DNA from: the human T2T-CHM13v2.0 reference genome, Homo sapiens
Reading direction: 5' to 3' (one strand)
Length of the DNA stretch: 64,000 bases
Assembly (NCBI RefSeq): GCF_009914755.1
Contig: NC_060928.1
Below, piece by piece: positions 30,890 through 46,400 of this stretch (position 1 is its first letter; every line of letters starts with the position of its first letter). The notes under the pieces were generated by a model. That model was given only the letters and a program-made list of their open reading frames with translations, was not told where the DNA came from and searched no databases. The position numbers and the translations under genes were made by a program.

Positions 30890-31239
30890 TGCAGCATATA
30901 CAGAGACTCTCACTTCATGCAGAAGCACCTGGTCCCCATCACCAAATGAATCTGAATCTTAAGTCCAGGACTGAATTTTAAAAATAAGACCAGTTCAGTT
31001 CTAGCTGAATTCCCAGCCTAGTCTGATCACTAACCAGGTTTAGGGTCTCAGTTTCGATACAGTGAAATTATAAGACATTTGAGAAATAATTCATTGTAGT
31101 TAAAATCTTCAGTATCTACACTCCCCTGAACTCTGAATCTGCAAAAGTAGTCCATTCCTTTCTGTTAAGGGATAGCATTTTTTCATTGTTTGAAGATGAT
31201 ATAGTGTCCTCTTCCTTGCAGGACAGTTTATGTCCCACC

Positions 31240-33430
31240 TATGATTTGTGCTTGGTATGATTTCAATTATTTTAAGTCATTCAGGCTTGCTTCATGAGAA
31301 AGTTTGTTGTTGATCTTACAATATGTTCCATGTAAAAATGAGTGGAATGTATATTACGTGGTTGTAGGGTGGAGTGTTCTGTAGAGCTTTAGGTCCAATT
31401 GGTCAAGCATCAAGTTTAAGTCCAGAGTTTCTTTGTTAGGTTTTTGCCTCAATAATCTATCTAATGCTGTCAATGTGGTGTCAACTCCTGCCACTATTAC
31501 TGTATGATTGGGTAAGTCTTTTCATAGGCCAAGAAGTACTTGTTTTATAAATCTGTCTGCACCAATGTTGGATGAGAACATATTTTGGACAATAAAAACT
31601 GCTTGTTGGATTGTATCTTTTATTATTAGGTAAAGCCATTCATTGTCCTTTTAAATTTTTATTCACTTAAAGTCTGTTTTACATAAGAATAGTAACTCCT
31701 TCTCTTTTTCATTTTCTGTTTGCAGGATAGTTTTTACTGTACCCTTTCATTTCGAACCTATGGTATAATTACAGGTAAGATGGGTCTATTGAATACAACA
31801 TACTCTTGTGTCTGGCATATCAGACACTCTATGTCTTTTAAGTGGTACGTTTAGCCTGTGTACATTCAGTGAGAGTCTCTGTATATGCTGCAAGGATAGT
31901 ATTAATATTTGTGATTTTGATCCTTTCATGGTGTGTTTAGCTGGTTATTATACAGACATGACTACGTAGTTTCTTTATAGTGCCTGTGGACTATGTGTTT
32001 AAGTGTGCTTTTGTGGTAGAAGGGGTAATTCTTTTGAATCTATAAGTAGCATGCCCTTAAAGACTTCTTACACTGCTGGTCTACTAGAAATATATTCTGT
32101 CGGCATTTGCTTGCCAGAGAAGAATTTTTTTTTCTCTTTCCATTAGTAAGTTTAGTTCAGGAGGATACAAAATTGTTGGTTGGAATTCCTTTTCTTTAAG
32201 GACACTGAAAACAGGCCCCAAGTCTCTTCTGGATTATAAACTTCCTTGAGAGGTCTGCTGCTAGCTTGATGGGATTAACTCTGTAGGTGACCTGCTCCTT
32301 CTTGAAGACTGGTTCTTCAAATCAACCAGTCATACAAAAATAAAGAAAAAAAAATTAAGAAAAATAAAGAAAACCTCTGAGAAAATACAATTATCTAAAA
32401 AGACCAAATCTCTGACTCATTGTCTTTCCTGAGAGAGAAGTAGAGAGAATTAGCAACTTGGAGAATATATTTGAGGATATAGTCAGGTCTACTGGGGCTC
32501 ACTTGGGGAGAAGTCTGGTAGGACAACAGGCCACACCTTCACTGAAACAACCCTGTGGAGGAACCTACACAAGCCCGTGCATTTGTGTGCCCCAGCTCTC
32601 CAAGACTGCAGAGAGTGTAGTCTCCTTCCTTGTTCAAGTGATGAGCATAGCCACCAGCAGTGCACTTCTAAGCTGCAGGCTACAGCCCTGGGGCACTGGG
32701 ACCCTGTTTGTAGCTCACTGCTGTGGTCACTTGGGGTTGGATTTTGGGTGCAGTGTAAAACCTGAAGGGCTTCCAAAGTGCCAGAATGCATTCAGATGGA
32801 GCAAAGCACTCAAACTGGCAAACAGAGGCTGTACTGTGTACAAGCTTCTATGGGGCAGCCAGAGAGGGGCCATGGGGTTGAGGGTTCTGGTGGGCCGGTA
32901 TTCCTGCAGAACATATGTGTCACAGTTCCATTTGAAAGTAGGTTCTCCTCTCTCCCCATTGGTTAGCTAAGGCCAGAACCTATTAGAAATAGATGTGCAT
33001 GGTATGTGGGCACTTATGGTTGGGCTCCACCAGAGGTGACCTATGCACAAAGGTCCCTGGCTTTTTGTCTGCAGCTTCATCTCTGTGTAATCTCTGGGAG
33101 ACCCCTCTGCCAGTCCACATGTCCCTGAAGGTATGGAGCCCCATCTAGCCAGGATTCCAGATGTCTACAGTGAGAGGGAGCTATCTACTAGTCCTTTCAC
33201 TCAGGTCTTCCCTAGAAACTGTTCAGGGCAGAGAATCAGCTGTATTAAGGCACCCCATTCAGTGTTCTCAGCCTTCTTCTGCTTCAGCCTCAGTGACTAT
33301 TCCTTTTCTCCATCCACATTCAGCATTTTCTCTCCAAAGATCTGTTCAAATTATGATGATATGATAAAAAACCTGGTGTTCCCCTGGTGGCAGTTGCACA
33401 TCCTGACTGCATCTAGTTGACCATCTTGAA
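31240..33430 (-). mobile_element. L1 5' portion (5' UTR, ORF1, endonuclease) with an internal inverted block
   Basis: Antisense EN/ORF1 at 31240-32300, sense ORF1 piece at ~32303-32487, and 5' UTR ending catctagttgaccatcttg. Confidence 0.7.
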
Positions 33431-33439
33431 CACATCCCT

Positions 33440-36400
33440 GTGTATATATTCTTTTGAGAATTCTCTCTTGATGTCCCTTGCCCATTTTTTTAATGGAGTT
33501 GCTTGTGTATGGTTTGTCAATTTGTTTAAGTTCCTTACAGATTTTTGATATTAGACCTTTATCAGATGAGTAGCTTGCAATTATATTCTCCCATTCTGTA
33601 AGTCATCTGTTTATTCTGTTGATACTTACTTTTGTTGCACAGAAGCTCTTTAGTTCAATTATGTTCTATTCTCTTGATTTTATTCTAGGATTTTATACTT
33701 TTAGGATACTGTACTAGCCTGTTGTCATGCTGTTAATAAAGACATACCTGAGACTGGATAATTTATAAAGGAAAGAGGTTTAATAGATTCACAGTTACAC
33801 ATGGCTGGGGTGGCCTCACAATCATGATGAAAGGCAAATGAGAAGTAAAGTCATGTATTACATGGAAGCAGGCAAGGGAGCCTGTGTAGGGAAACTCTCC
33901 TTTATAAAACTGTAAGATCTCAAGAGACTTATTCACCGTCATGAGAATGTGCTACCATGATTCAATTACCACTCACCAAGTTCTTCCCACAACATTTGGG
34001 AATTATGGGAGCTACAATTCAAGATGAAATTTGGGTGAGGACACAGCCAAGTCATATCATTCTTCCCTTGGCCCCTTCCAAATATCAGGTCCTCACATTT
34101 CAAAACAAATCATGCACTCCCATCAGTTCCCCAAAGTCTTAGTTGATTTGAGCATTAACTCAAAAGTCCACAGTCCAAAGTCTCATCTGACATAAGGCAA
34201 GTATTTTCTGCCTATGAGTTTAAAAATCAAAAGCAAGTTAGTTACTTTCTAGATACAATGAGGATACAGGCATTGGGTAAATAACACTCCTAAATGGCAG
34301 AAACTGGCCGAAACATAGGGGCTACAGGTCCCATGCAAGTCCGAAATCCAGGTAAGGCAGTAAAATCCAAGGGGCAGTCACCTCCAAAATGATATTCTCT
34401 GACTCCATGTCTCACATACAGGTCACACTGATGTAAGAGGTAGGCTCCCATGGCCTTGGGCAGCTCAACCCCTGTGGCTTTGCAGGGTACAGCCCTCCTC
34501 TTGGGTGCTTTCATGGGCTGGCATTGAGTGTCTGTGGCTTTTCCAGTTGGGTGGTCCAAACTGTTTGTGGATATATCATTCTAGGGTCTGGAGGATGGTG
34601 GCCATCTTCTCCCAGCTCCACTAGGCAGTGCTCTGGTGGGGACTCTGTTTGTGTGTGTGTTGGGGTGGGGGGCTGCAGGGGGTTGCTCACACCACACATT
34701 TTCCTTTCATACTGCCCTAGCAGAGTTTCTCTGTGATGGTCTCATCCCTACTGCAAACTTCTACCTGAACATCCAGGCATTTCCATACATCTTCTGAAAT
34801 CTAGACAGAGGTTCCCAAGCCTCAATTATTGATTTCTGTGTACCCACAGGCTCAATCCCACATCAAAGCTGATAATCTGCCAAGGCTTGGGGGTTGCCCC
34901 ACTGAAACCATGGCTTGAGGTCTACCTTGGCCCCTTTTAGCCACAGCTGGGACACAGGGGACCGAGTACTGAGACTGCACAAAGCAGCAAGGTGCTGGGC
35001 CTGGCCTACAAAACTATTTTTTCCTTCTAGGCCTCCTAGCCTGTAATGGGAAAGGCTGCAGCCAGGAACACCTCTGACATGCCATAGAGACATCTTCTCC
35101 ATTGTCTTGGTTATTGACAATTGGTTTCTAATTACTTATGAAAGTTTCTGCAACTTGAATTTCTCCTCAGAAAATGGGGTTTTCCTTTTATATCATATCA
35201 CCAAGCTATGAATTTTCCAAACTTTTATGCTCTGCCTCCCTTTTCAACATAAGTTCCAATTCCAAACCTTATCTTTGTGAATATGTAAAACGGAATGCTT
35301 TTGTCTGTACCCAAGTCACCTCTTGAATACTTTGCTGCTTAGAAATTTCTTCCACCAGATGCCCTAAATCATCTCTCTCATGTTAAAAGTTTCACAAATC
35401 TCTAGGGCAGGAGGAAAGTGCCACCAATCTTTGCTAAAACATAACACAGTCACCTTTGCCCCAGTTACCAACAAGTTCGTTATTTCCATCTGAGACCACC
35501 TCCGCCTGGACTTTATTGTCCATATCACTATCAGCATTTTGGTGAAAGCACTCAACAAGTCTCTAGAAAGTTTCAAACTTTCACACATATTTCTGTTTTT
35601 TCTTCTGAGTCCTCTAAACTGTTCCAACCTCTGCCTGTTACCTAGTTCCAAAGTTGCTTCCACATTTTCTGATATCTTTACAGCAGTACCCCACTACCTA
35701 GTATCAATTTACTGTATTAGTCTATTCTTATGCTGTTAATAAAGACATACCCAAGGCTAGTTAATTTATAAAGGAAAGAGGTTTAATGGGCTCAGAGTTT
35801 CACATAACCAAGGAGACCTCACAATTATGGCGGAAGGTGAATGAGGAGCAAAGCCACATCTTACATGGCAGCAGGTAAGAGAGGTTCTATAAACTCCCCT
35901 TTATAGAACAATTAGATCTCATGAGACTTATTTACTATCACCAGAACAACATGTAAAAGACCCACCACTATGATTAAATTACCTCCCACTGGATCCCTCC
36001 CACAACACATGTAAATTATAGGTGCTACAATTCAAGATGAGATTTGGGTGGGGACACAGCCAAAGCATATCAGTTAAACATTTACATCTTTAACCCATCT
36101 TCAGTTGGTTTTTGCGTATGGTAAAAAGAAGATATCTAGATTCAGTCTTCTGCATATGGCCAGCCAGTTATTTCAGCACCTTTTGTTGAATAGTGAGTTG
36201 TTTCTCCATTGCTTGTTCTTATTGACTTTGTTTAAATCAGATGACTGTAGGTGTACTGCTTTATGTCTGAGTTCTTTAACTGGTTCCATTGGTCTATGTG
36301 TCTATTTTTGTACCAGAACCATGCTGTTTCAGTTACTGTAGCCTTGTATTATAGTTTGAAGTTGGGTATTGTAAGCCTCTGGTTTTGTTGTTTGTTCTTA

Positions 36401-37910
36401 GAACTGTTTTAACTTTTGGGCTACTTTGGTTTCACAGGAATTTTAGAAATTTTTTTTTCTAATTTCATTGAAAATGTTCATGGTAGTTTGATAGAAATAG
36501 CACTGAATCAGTAAAGTATTTTGGGCAGTATGGTCTTTTTAACAATATTAATTTTTCTATAATTGAGCATGAAACATATTTCTTTTTGTTGGTATTGCTT
36601 CTAATTTTGTCAACAGCATTTTGTAATGTTTGGGTAGAGATTTCTCACTTCCCTGGTTAGCTGTATTTCTAGGTATCTTATCTGTGGCTGTTGTAAATGG
36701 TAGTGCATTCTTGATTTGGCTGTCAGATTGGAGGTTGTTGGTATAAAAAAATGTTACTGATATTTGTACACACATTTTGTCTCCCAAAACTTTGCTGAAG
36801 TTGTTTTTCAGAAGTGGGAGCTTTTGGACAGGGGCTTTAGGGTTTTCACTGTATAAAATGATAACTCTGTGAAGAGAGATAGTTTGTCTTTCTCTCTTTC
36901 TATTTGGATGCCTTTTATTTTTCTCTTTTACTCTGGCTAGGACTTCCAATACTATACTGAATAGCAGTAGTTAGAGTGGCCATCACTGCCTTTTTCCAGT
37001 TCTCAAGAGGAATCCTTTGAGCTTTTGCTCATTCAGTATGATGTTGACTGTGGGTTTTCACAGATGGCTCACACTATTTTTGAGTATTTTTATTTAACTC
37101 ATAATTTGTTCAGGGATTTTTAAAATGAAATTGAGATCAAACAATCATTAAAAAACATCAACAAAACTGAAAGTTTGTTATCTGAAAGAGTAAATAAGAT
37201 GGATAAATCACTAGATAGACTAAAAAAGAATAAAAAAGGGATGATCCAAATAAACACAATCAGAAATGACAAAGAGAAGATCATCATTGACCCCAGGAAA
37301 AACAAACTACCTGCAAAGATCATTATGAATATCTCTATGCACACAAACTTAAAAACCTAGAAGAAGCAGATATATTTCTGGACACTTACATCATCTCAAA
37401 GTTGTACCAGGTAGAAATAGAAATCCTGAAGTGACCCAAAATGTGTTCCAAAATTGAATCAGTAATATAAAGTCCAGCAAACATAAAAGGCCTGAATCAG
37501 AGAGATTCACAGCCAAATTCTTTTATACATATAAAAAGAAATACTAGCCATCCTACTGAAGCTATTTCAAAAAATTGGAGAGGAGGGCCTCCTACTTAAC
37601 TCATTCTATGAGGCCAAGATTGCTCTGATACCAAAACCTGGCAGAGACACAGGAAGATAAGAAAATATCATGCCAATATCCATCATGAACATGGACACAA
37701 AAATCCTCAACAAAGTACTAACTAATAGAATTCAGCAGCACATCAAAACCTAACCACCACAATCAAGTAGGCATTAATCCTAGGATGCAAGATTGGTTAA
37801 ACATATGCAAATAAATAAATGTGATTCTCCACATACATAAGACTAAAAAGAAATACACCACAATCATTTCAATAGATGCAGCAAAGGCTTTCAAAAAATT
37901 CAACATCACT
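33440..37910 (-). mobile_element. L1 ORF2 with 5' inversion (sense block 37119-37910), interrupted by THE1
   Basis: Minus-strand ORF2 remnants (36557..36949). Strand switches at ~37118. Plus ORF 37175..37360 is L1 ORF2. Confidence 0.82.
33710..36072 (-). mobile_element. Complete THE1 (THE1B/D-like) MaLR element
   Basis: LTRs at ~33710-34060 and ~35712-36072. The internal region is homologous to 3088-4660. Confidence 0.92.
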
Positions 37911-38799
37911 TTCCTTTTTTATTTTGAAGCACTCTCAAAGGAAACAATTTAATACTTCTGCTCAAACTTCAGGAGATAGTGGTAACAGACTACTACTAAG
38001 ATATCTCCATAATCTTGGGAAAGACTGTGGCTACTACAAAATGAAGCTTGTGTGCTGGAACTCCCTTGACAGTGAATGAAAGAGGGAATCAGAAGGCTTA
38101 TGACAGTGGATACATTAACATAGACATCCTATACCATGTTGGAAATCTATAGAATGTTTGCTGAAGTTATAATGAATGTTCAATATGTCTACCCTCTGAG
38201 GGCTAGGTCCTTTTGGACTTACCAAACCAATCTCACTGATATGATTTATGATCAGATATTGAAATAATAGAGACCTTCAGAAGGCAGATGGTCAAAATAA
38301 ACAAGAGCACTAAGACTGGGGTGTTATCCAGAAAGACCTAATTTATGAAAGCTGTGTATATAGTAACAGAGAAGATAGCACTAGGGGCAAAATAGATAGG
38401 TGAGCAAGGGAATTTCTCAATCTATAATACCAGAAGAGTTCAAGAATGGATACTAAAAAGTTGAGGGCAGCTGTCCTCACTAGAAATCACAGTAAATTGT
38501 CAAGGGTCTGGACCTAAGTGTGTTTTCAGACCTGAAATTTATTGACTGAAGAAGACACCAGTGGCTCCAGGGGAAAAAAAACAGTAAACTGTAAAACCAA
38601 GGAAACTTACATGCTACTGATTCCATAATTTTTTTTTTTTTCCTGAAATGGAGAGTGGCATCCCTAGGATAACTGATGATTTCCTCAGCCTCCAAAATGC
38701 ATAATTTTTTAGATCCACTTTGTCTTTAGAAAACCGTGAAATTGTATCATTGGTGTCTGGATACAAGTCATTTTAGTGGAAAAAGCCAAGTGGATTCTC

Positions 38800-39290
38800 T
38801 TTGCATTAGTTTCCTGGCTTCTTAAAACAGAAGTTATTCTCTGTTATTCTTATCTCTCTAAGCCAGAAGGTCAAAATCTGTGTTCTCAGGGTTCATTTGT
38901 TCTGGAGGCTCTAGGAGGGAAACAACCAATGCCTGTCTCTTGGCCTTTATTGGTTACCAACAATTCTTGGAATCCCGTGGCTTGTGACTTCTCTCCAACT
39001 TCTGTTTCCTCAGCATCATCTTTTCTTTTCTTTCTTACTAGTTTTATCCTGCCTTTATTCTTTTCAAAAGAAACTGTGTCTTGCTATATTGACTTGGCTG
39101 ATCTTGAACTCCTGGCCTCAAGGGATCCTCCTGCCTTTCTCCTTATAAGAATATCTGTCATTGGATTTAAAGCACATCGTAAATCCAGAATAAACTTGTC
39201 TTGATTTTCTTACTTTACTTACATCTGCAAAGATCTTTTCTCCATTAAATTCACTTTAATAGATTCTGGAGGTTACTCACTGCACACATT
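38800..39290 (-). mobile_element. MLT1-type LTR with embedded Alu monomer fragment (~39065-39135)
   Basis: cttaaaacagaagttattctc, tctggaggctctaggaggg and acatctgcaaaga are MLT1 motifs. cttgaactcctggcctcaagggatcctcctgcct is Alu. Confidence 0.65.
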
Positions 39291-39339
39291 TTTGGCAAAG
39301 ACATCTATTCAATTCACTATATGCATGCAACTTCTTCAT

Positions 39340-39600
39340 TCCTCCATTACCACAGATGTCAGGTGACCAAGAAAATGGAAAATAATATTGCATTACATGC
39401 CTGGGGATTGTGAAAATTAAAGACCTTAAAGGTTTAAAGGATGCAGGATGATGGGCTCCATTACATCTTTGATTAAAAGTCTGACCACTGCAAAATCCAA
39501 CAGATCCTAGAGTCTGGTAGTGGACTCCTGCAATTTCCACCAAGTAGTTGCTCCACTGGCATCCCCTGTTCCAGATGGAGTACCTTTGCTAGACCACATG
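39340..39600 (+). mobile_element. ERVL pol (RT) remnant
   Basis: aaataatattgcattacatgcctggggattg...aaggatgcaggatgatgg...gttccagatggagtacctttgctaga resembles ERVL RT. Confidence 0.55.
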
Positions 39601-41452
39601 AAAATTCATATTATTAAAATGTCTGTACTCCTGACAGTGATTAATAGATTTACTGCAATCTCTATTAAATTCCTATGGTATTTCTTATAGAATTGAAAAA
39701 ACTTAAAATTTATATGAAAACACAAAAGACTGTTAATATGCAAACATGATTTTTTTAAAAATGCACAGAATGATCTTATATATTGCTTTTAAGAAAGCAA
39801 CTATAAGACTTTATAGAAAAAATACTTTCTTTTATAGGTTAGAACTGAATCTACTCAGTTTTATTCAAGATTAAATCTGTCCACTTCTTCTTCACCTCAG
39901 AATGTTAACGTTTTTATAGGATTATTCAAAAGTACCTTAATTATGCCCTGTTCTGCATGCACAATCCAGGAGACAGTAAGTTCAGAGAATTATAGTCCAA
40001 CTTGTTTGGACTGACTTTTGTTCCAATTTTGGGGATTGGCTTTTGGTCGTTCATTTCTTCTACGGTCAAAATGTAAGTGGACTCATTTTGATCCATGTCA
40101 TCTCTCTCGAAAGAAATATGCTGTTTCCAAATTTTAAACTGAACTTAGCTTGGAAAAGAAGGCCTAGTAACAGAGATAGGAGTTGTCATTATATCTCTAG
40201 CTATCATTATATAATGAAAGCCAGACTTTGTCAACTCACTCTTTTACCAGAATTTTAAACTCCCTAATAGATGATTGAAGTGATAACATGATTTCCTTTA
40301 ATGCTGCTCACAGACTTCCCACTTTATTTAGAAAATTCATTATTATAGAGCCTGGGTGATGGATAAAGTAAGGCATTCACTTGTTTTTCTTATGTTATAG
40401 ACAGAAGCTGGGTTTCGGTCCATAATATCAAAATGTCATCTGTTATTTATATTGACATAACTTTCTGAAAACAGTGCAAGTCAAGATTTGCAGTGTTTAA
40501 TGAAACCTGAATTTTGAAATTTTACCTCCTTTTGTGGGAAATAATTTTAAGAATCAGATATAGAGTTTAAAATTTAAAGTTCTGTCGGATCTAGGAAAGA
40601 TTATTTTGCTATATTTGTGTTTCTCTCTGTGAAATTTTTGATCACCAATTCCAATAAAAACCACAATAGCATTTTCTCCAGAGATTTCAATGAATTCTTT
40701 GATTTCCTGTAAAGAAATAATTTGTACATCAATAAGAGAAATGCATCATATAAATTTCAAAAATAGATGCATATAATTTTAATAGCTTTACTGAAGGAAG
40801 AACAATTGATATACAAAAAACCTGCAAGTATTTTTACTTATATATTTATATTATTTATATATATATAAATTGATGGGTTTTGACATATACATGCACCTAT
40901 GATGCTATCATTACAACAATGAAGGTAATAAACATATCCATCACCTACAAAAGCTCTCTTTGTCACTCTTTGTTTTTGATAGTAATAATGCTTAACATGA
41001 GATTGACCCTCTTAACACATTATTAAGTGTACAATACCGTGTTGTTAACTATAGGCATTATATTGTAGAGCAAATTTCTATGCTTATTCATAAACATAAG
41101 TGAAACTTTATACCCACTGAACAACAGCTCCCCATTTCTCTCTCTCCCAAACCCCTGGAAATCACTATTTTATTTCTGCTTCAATTAGTTTGCCTATTTT
41201 ACTTAACTAATATAAGTGGAATCATAAAATATTTGTCCTTTTTTTATTATTATACTTTAAGTTCTAGGGTACATGTGCACAACGTGCAGGTTTGTTACAT
41301 ATGTATACATGTGCCATGTTGGTGTGCTGCACTCATTAACTCATCTTTTACATTAGGTATATCTCCTAATGCTATCCCTCCCCCTTCCCCCAACCCCACG
41401 ACAGACCCCGGTGTGTGATGTTCCCCTTCCTGTGTCCATGTGTTCCCATTGT

Positions 41453-45280
<3,828 letters not shown>

Positions 45281-45379
45281 TTATGATGTTAGCTGGTTAT
45301 TTTGCTCGTTAGTTGATGCAGTTTCTTTCTGGCATCGATGGTCTTTAAAATTTGTCATGTTTTTGCACTGGCTGGTACC

Positions 45380-46400
45380 AGTTGTTCCTTTCCATGTTTA
45401 GTGCTTCTTTCAGGAGCTCTTGTAAGACAGGACTGGTGGCCACAAAATCTCTCAGCATTTGCTTGTCTACAAAGTGTTTTACTTCTCCTTGACTTATGAA
45501 GCTTAGTTTGGCTGGATATGACATTCTGGGTTGAAAATTCTTTTCTTTAGGAATGTTGAATATTGGCCCCCACTCTCTTCCGGCTTATGGAGTTTCTGCT
45601 GAGAGATCCACTGTTAGTCTGATGGGCTTCCCTTTGTGGGTAACCCGACCTTTCTCTCTGGCTGCCCTTAATATTTTTTCCTTCATTTCAACTTTGGTGA
45701 ATCTGACAATTATGTGTATTTGAGTTACTCTTCTTGAGGAGTATCTTTGTGGCATTCTCTGTATTTCGTGAATTTGAATGTTGGCCTGCCTTGCTAGGTT
45801 GGGGAAGTTCTCCTGGATAATATCCTGCAGAGTGGTTTTCAACTTGGTTCCATTCTCCCTATCACTTTCAGGTACACCAGTCAGACATAGATTTGGTATT
45901 TTCACATAGTCCCATATTTCTTGGAGGCTTTGTTCATTTCATTTTACTCTTTTTTCTCTAAACTTCTCTTCTCGCTTCATTTCAGTCATTTGATCTTCAA
46001 TCACTGATACCCTGTCTTCCAGTTGATCGAATCAGCTACTGAAGCTTATGCATGTGTCACATAGTTCTCCTGCCATGGTTTTCAGCTCCATCAGGTCATT
46101 TAAGGACTTCTCTACACTGGTTATTCTAGTTAGCCCTTTGTCTAATCTTTTTTCAAGGTTTTTAGCTTCTTTGTGATAGGTTCAAACTTTCTCCTTTAGC
46201 TTGGAGAAGATTGATCATCTGAAGCCTTCTTCTCTCAACTCTTCAAAGTCATTCTCCATCCAGCTTTGTTCCATTGCTGATGAGGAGCTGTGTTCCTTTG
46301 GAGGGGGAGAGGCACTGTGATTTTTATAATTTTCAACTTTTCTGCTCTGTTTTTTCCCCATCTTTGTGGTTTTATCTACCTTTGGTCTTTGTTTATGGTG
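45380..46400 (-). pseudogene. L1 ORF1, disrupted
   Basis: ORF 45585..45905 LQDIIQENFPNLARQANIQI...KGKPIRLTVDLSAET. Confidence 0.9.

Larger units (their letters stand above)
29270..31230 (+). mobile_element. Ancient ERVL-class remnant (LTR16-like LTR plus internal sequence)
   Basis: tgtcacccagattcccctttt...cagcttcagagctcccagtggg resembles LTR16. It hosts MLT1 and ERV1 LTR insertions. Highly degenerate. Confidence 0.45.

Noticed and set aside
32458-33420. 170-aa and neighbouring ORFs
   Set aside because: They span an L1 inversion junction and L1 5' UTR, and show no protein family signal.
40330-40480. Minus-strand tgttttcag followed by a faint exon-3-like stretch
   Set aside because: No convincing amino-acid motif could be recovered by hand.
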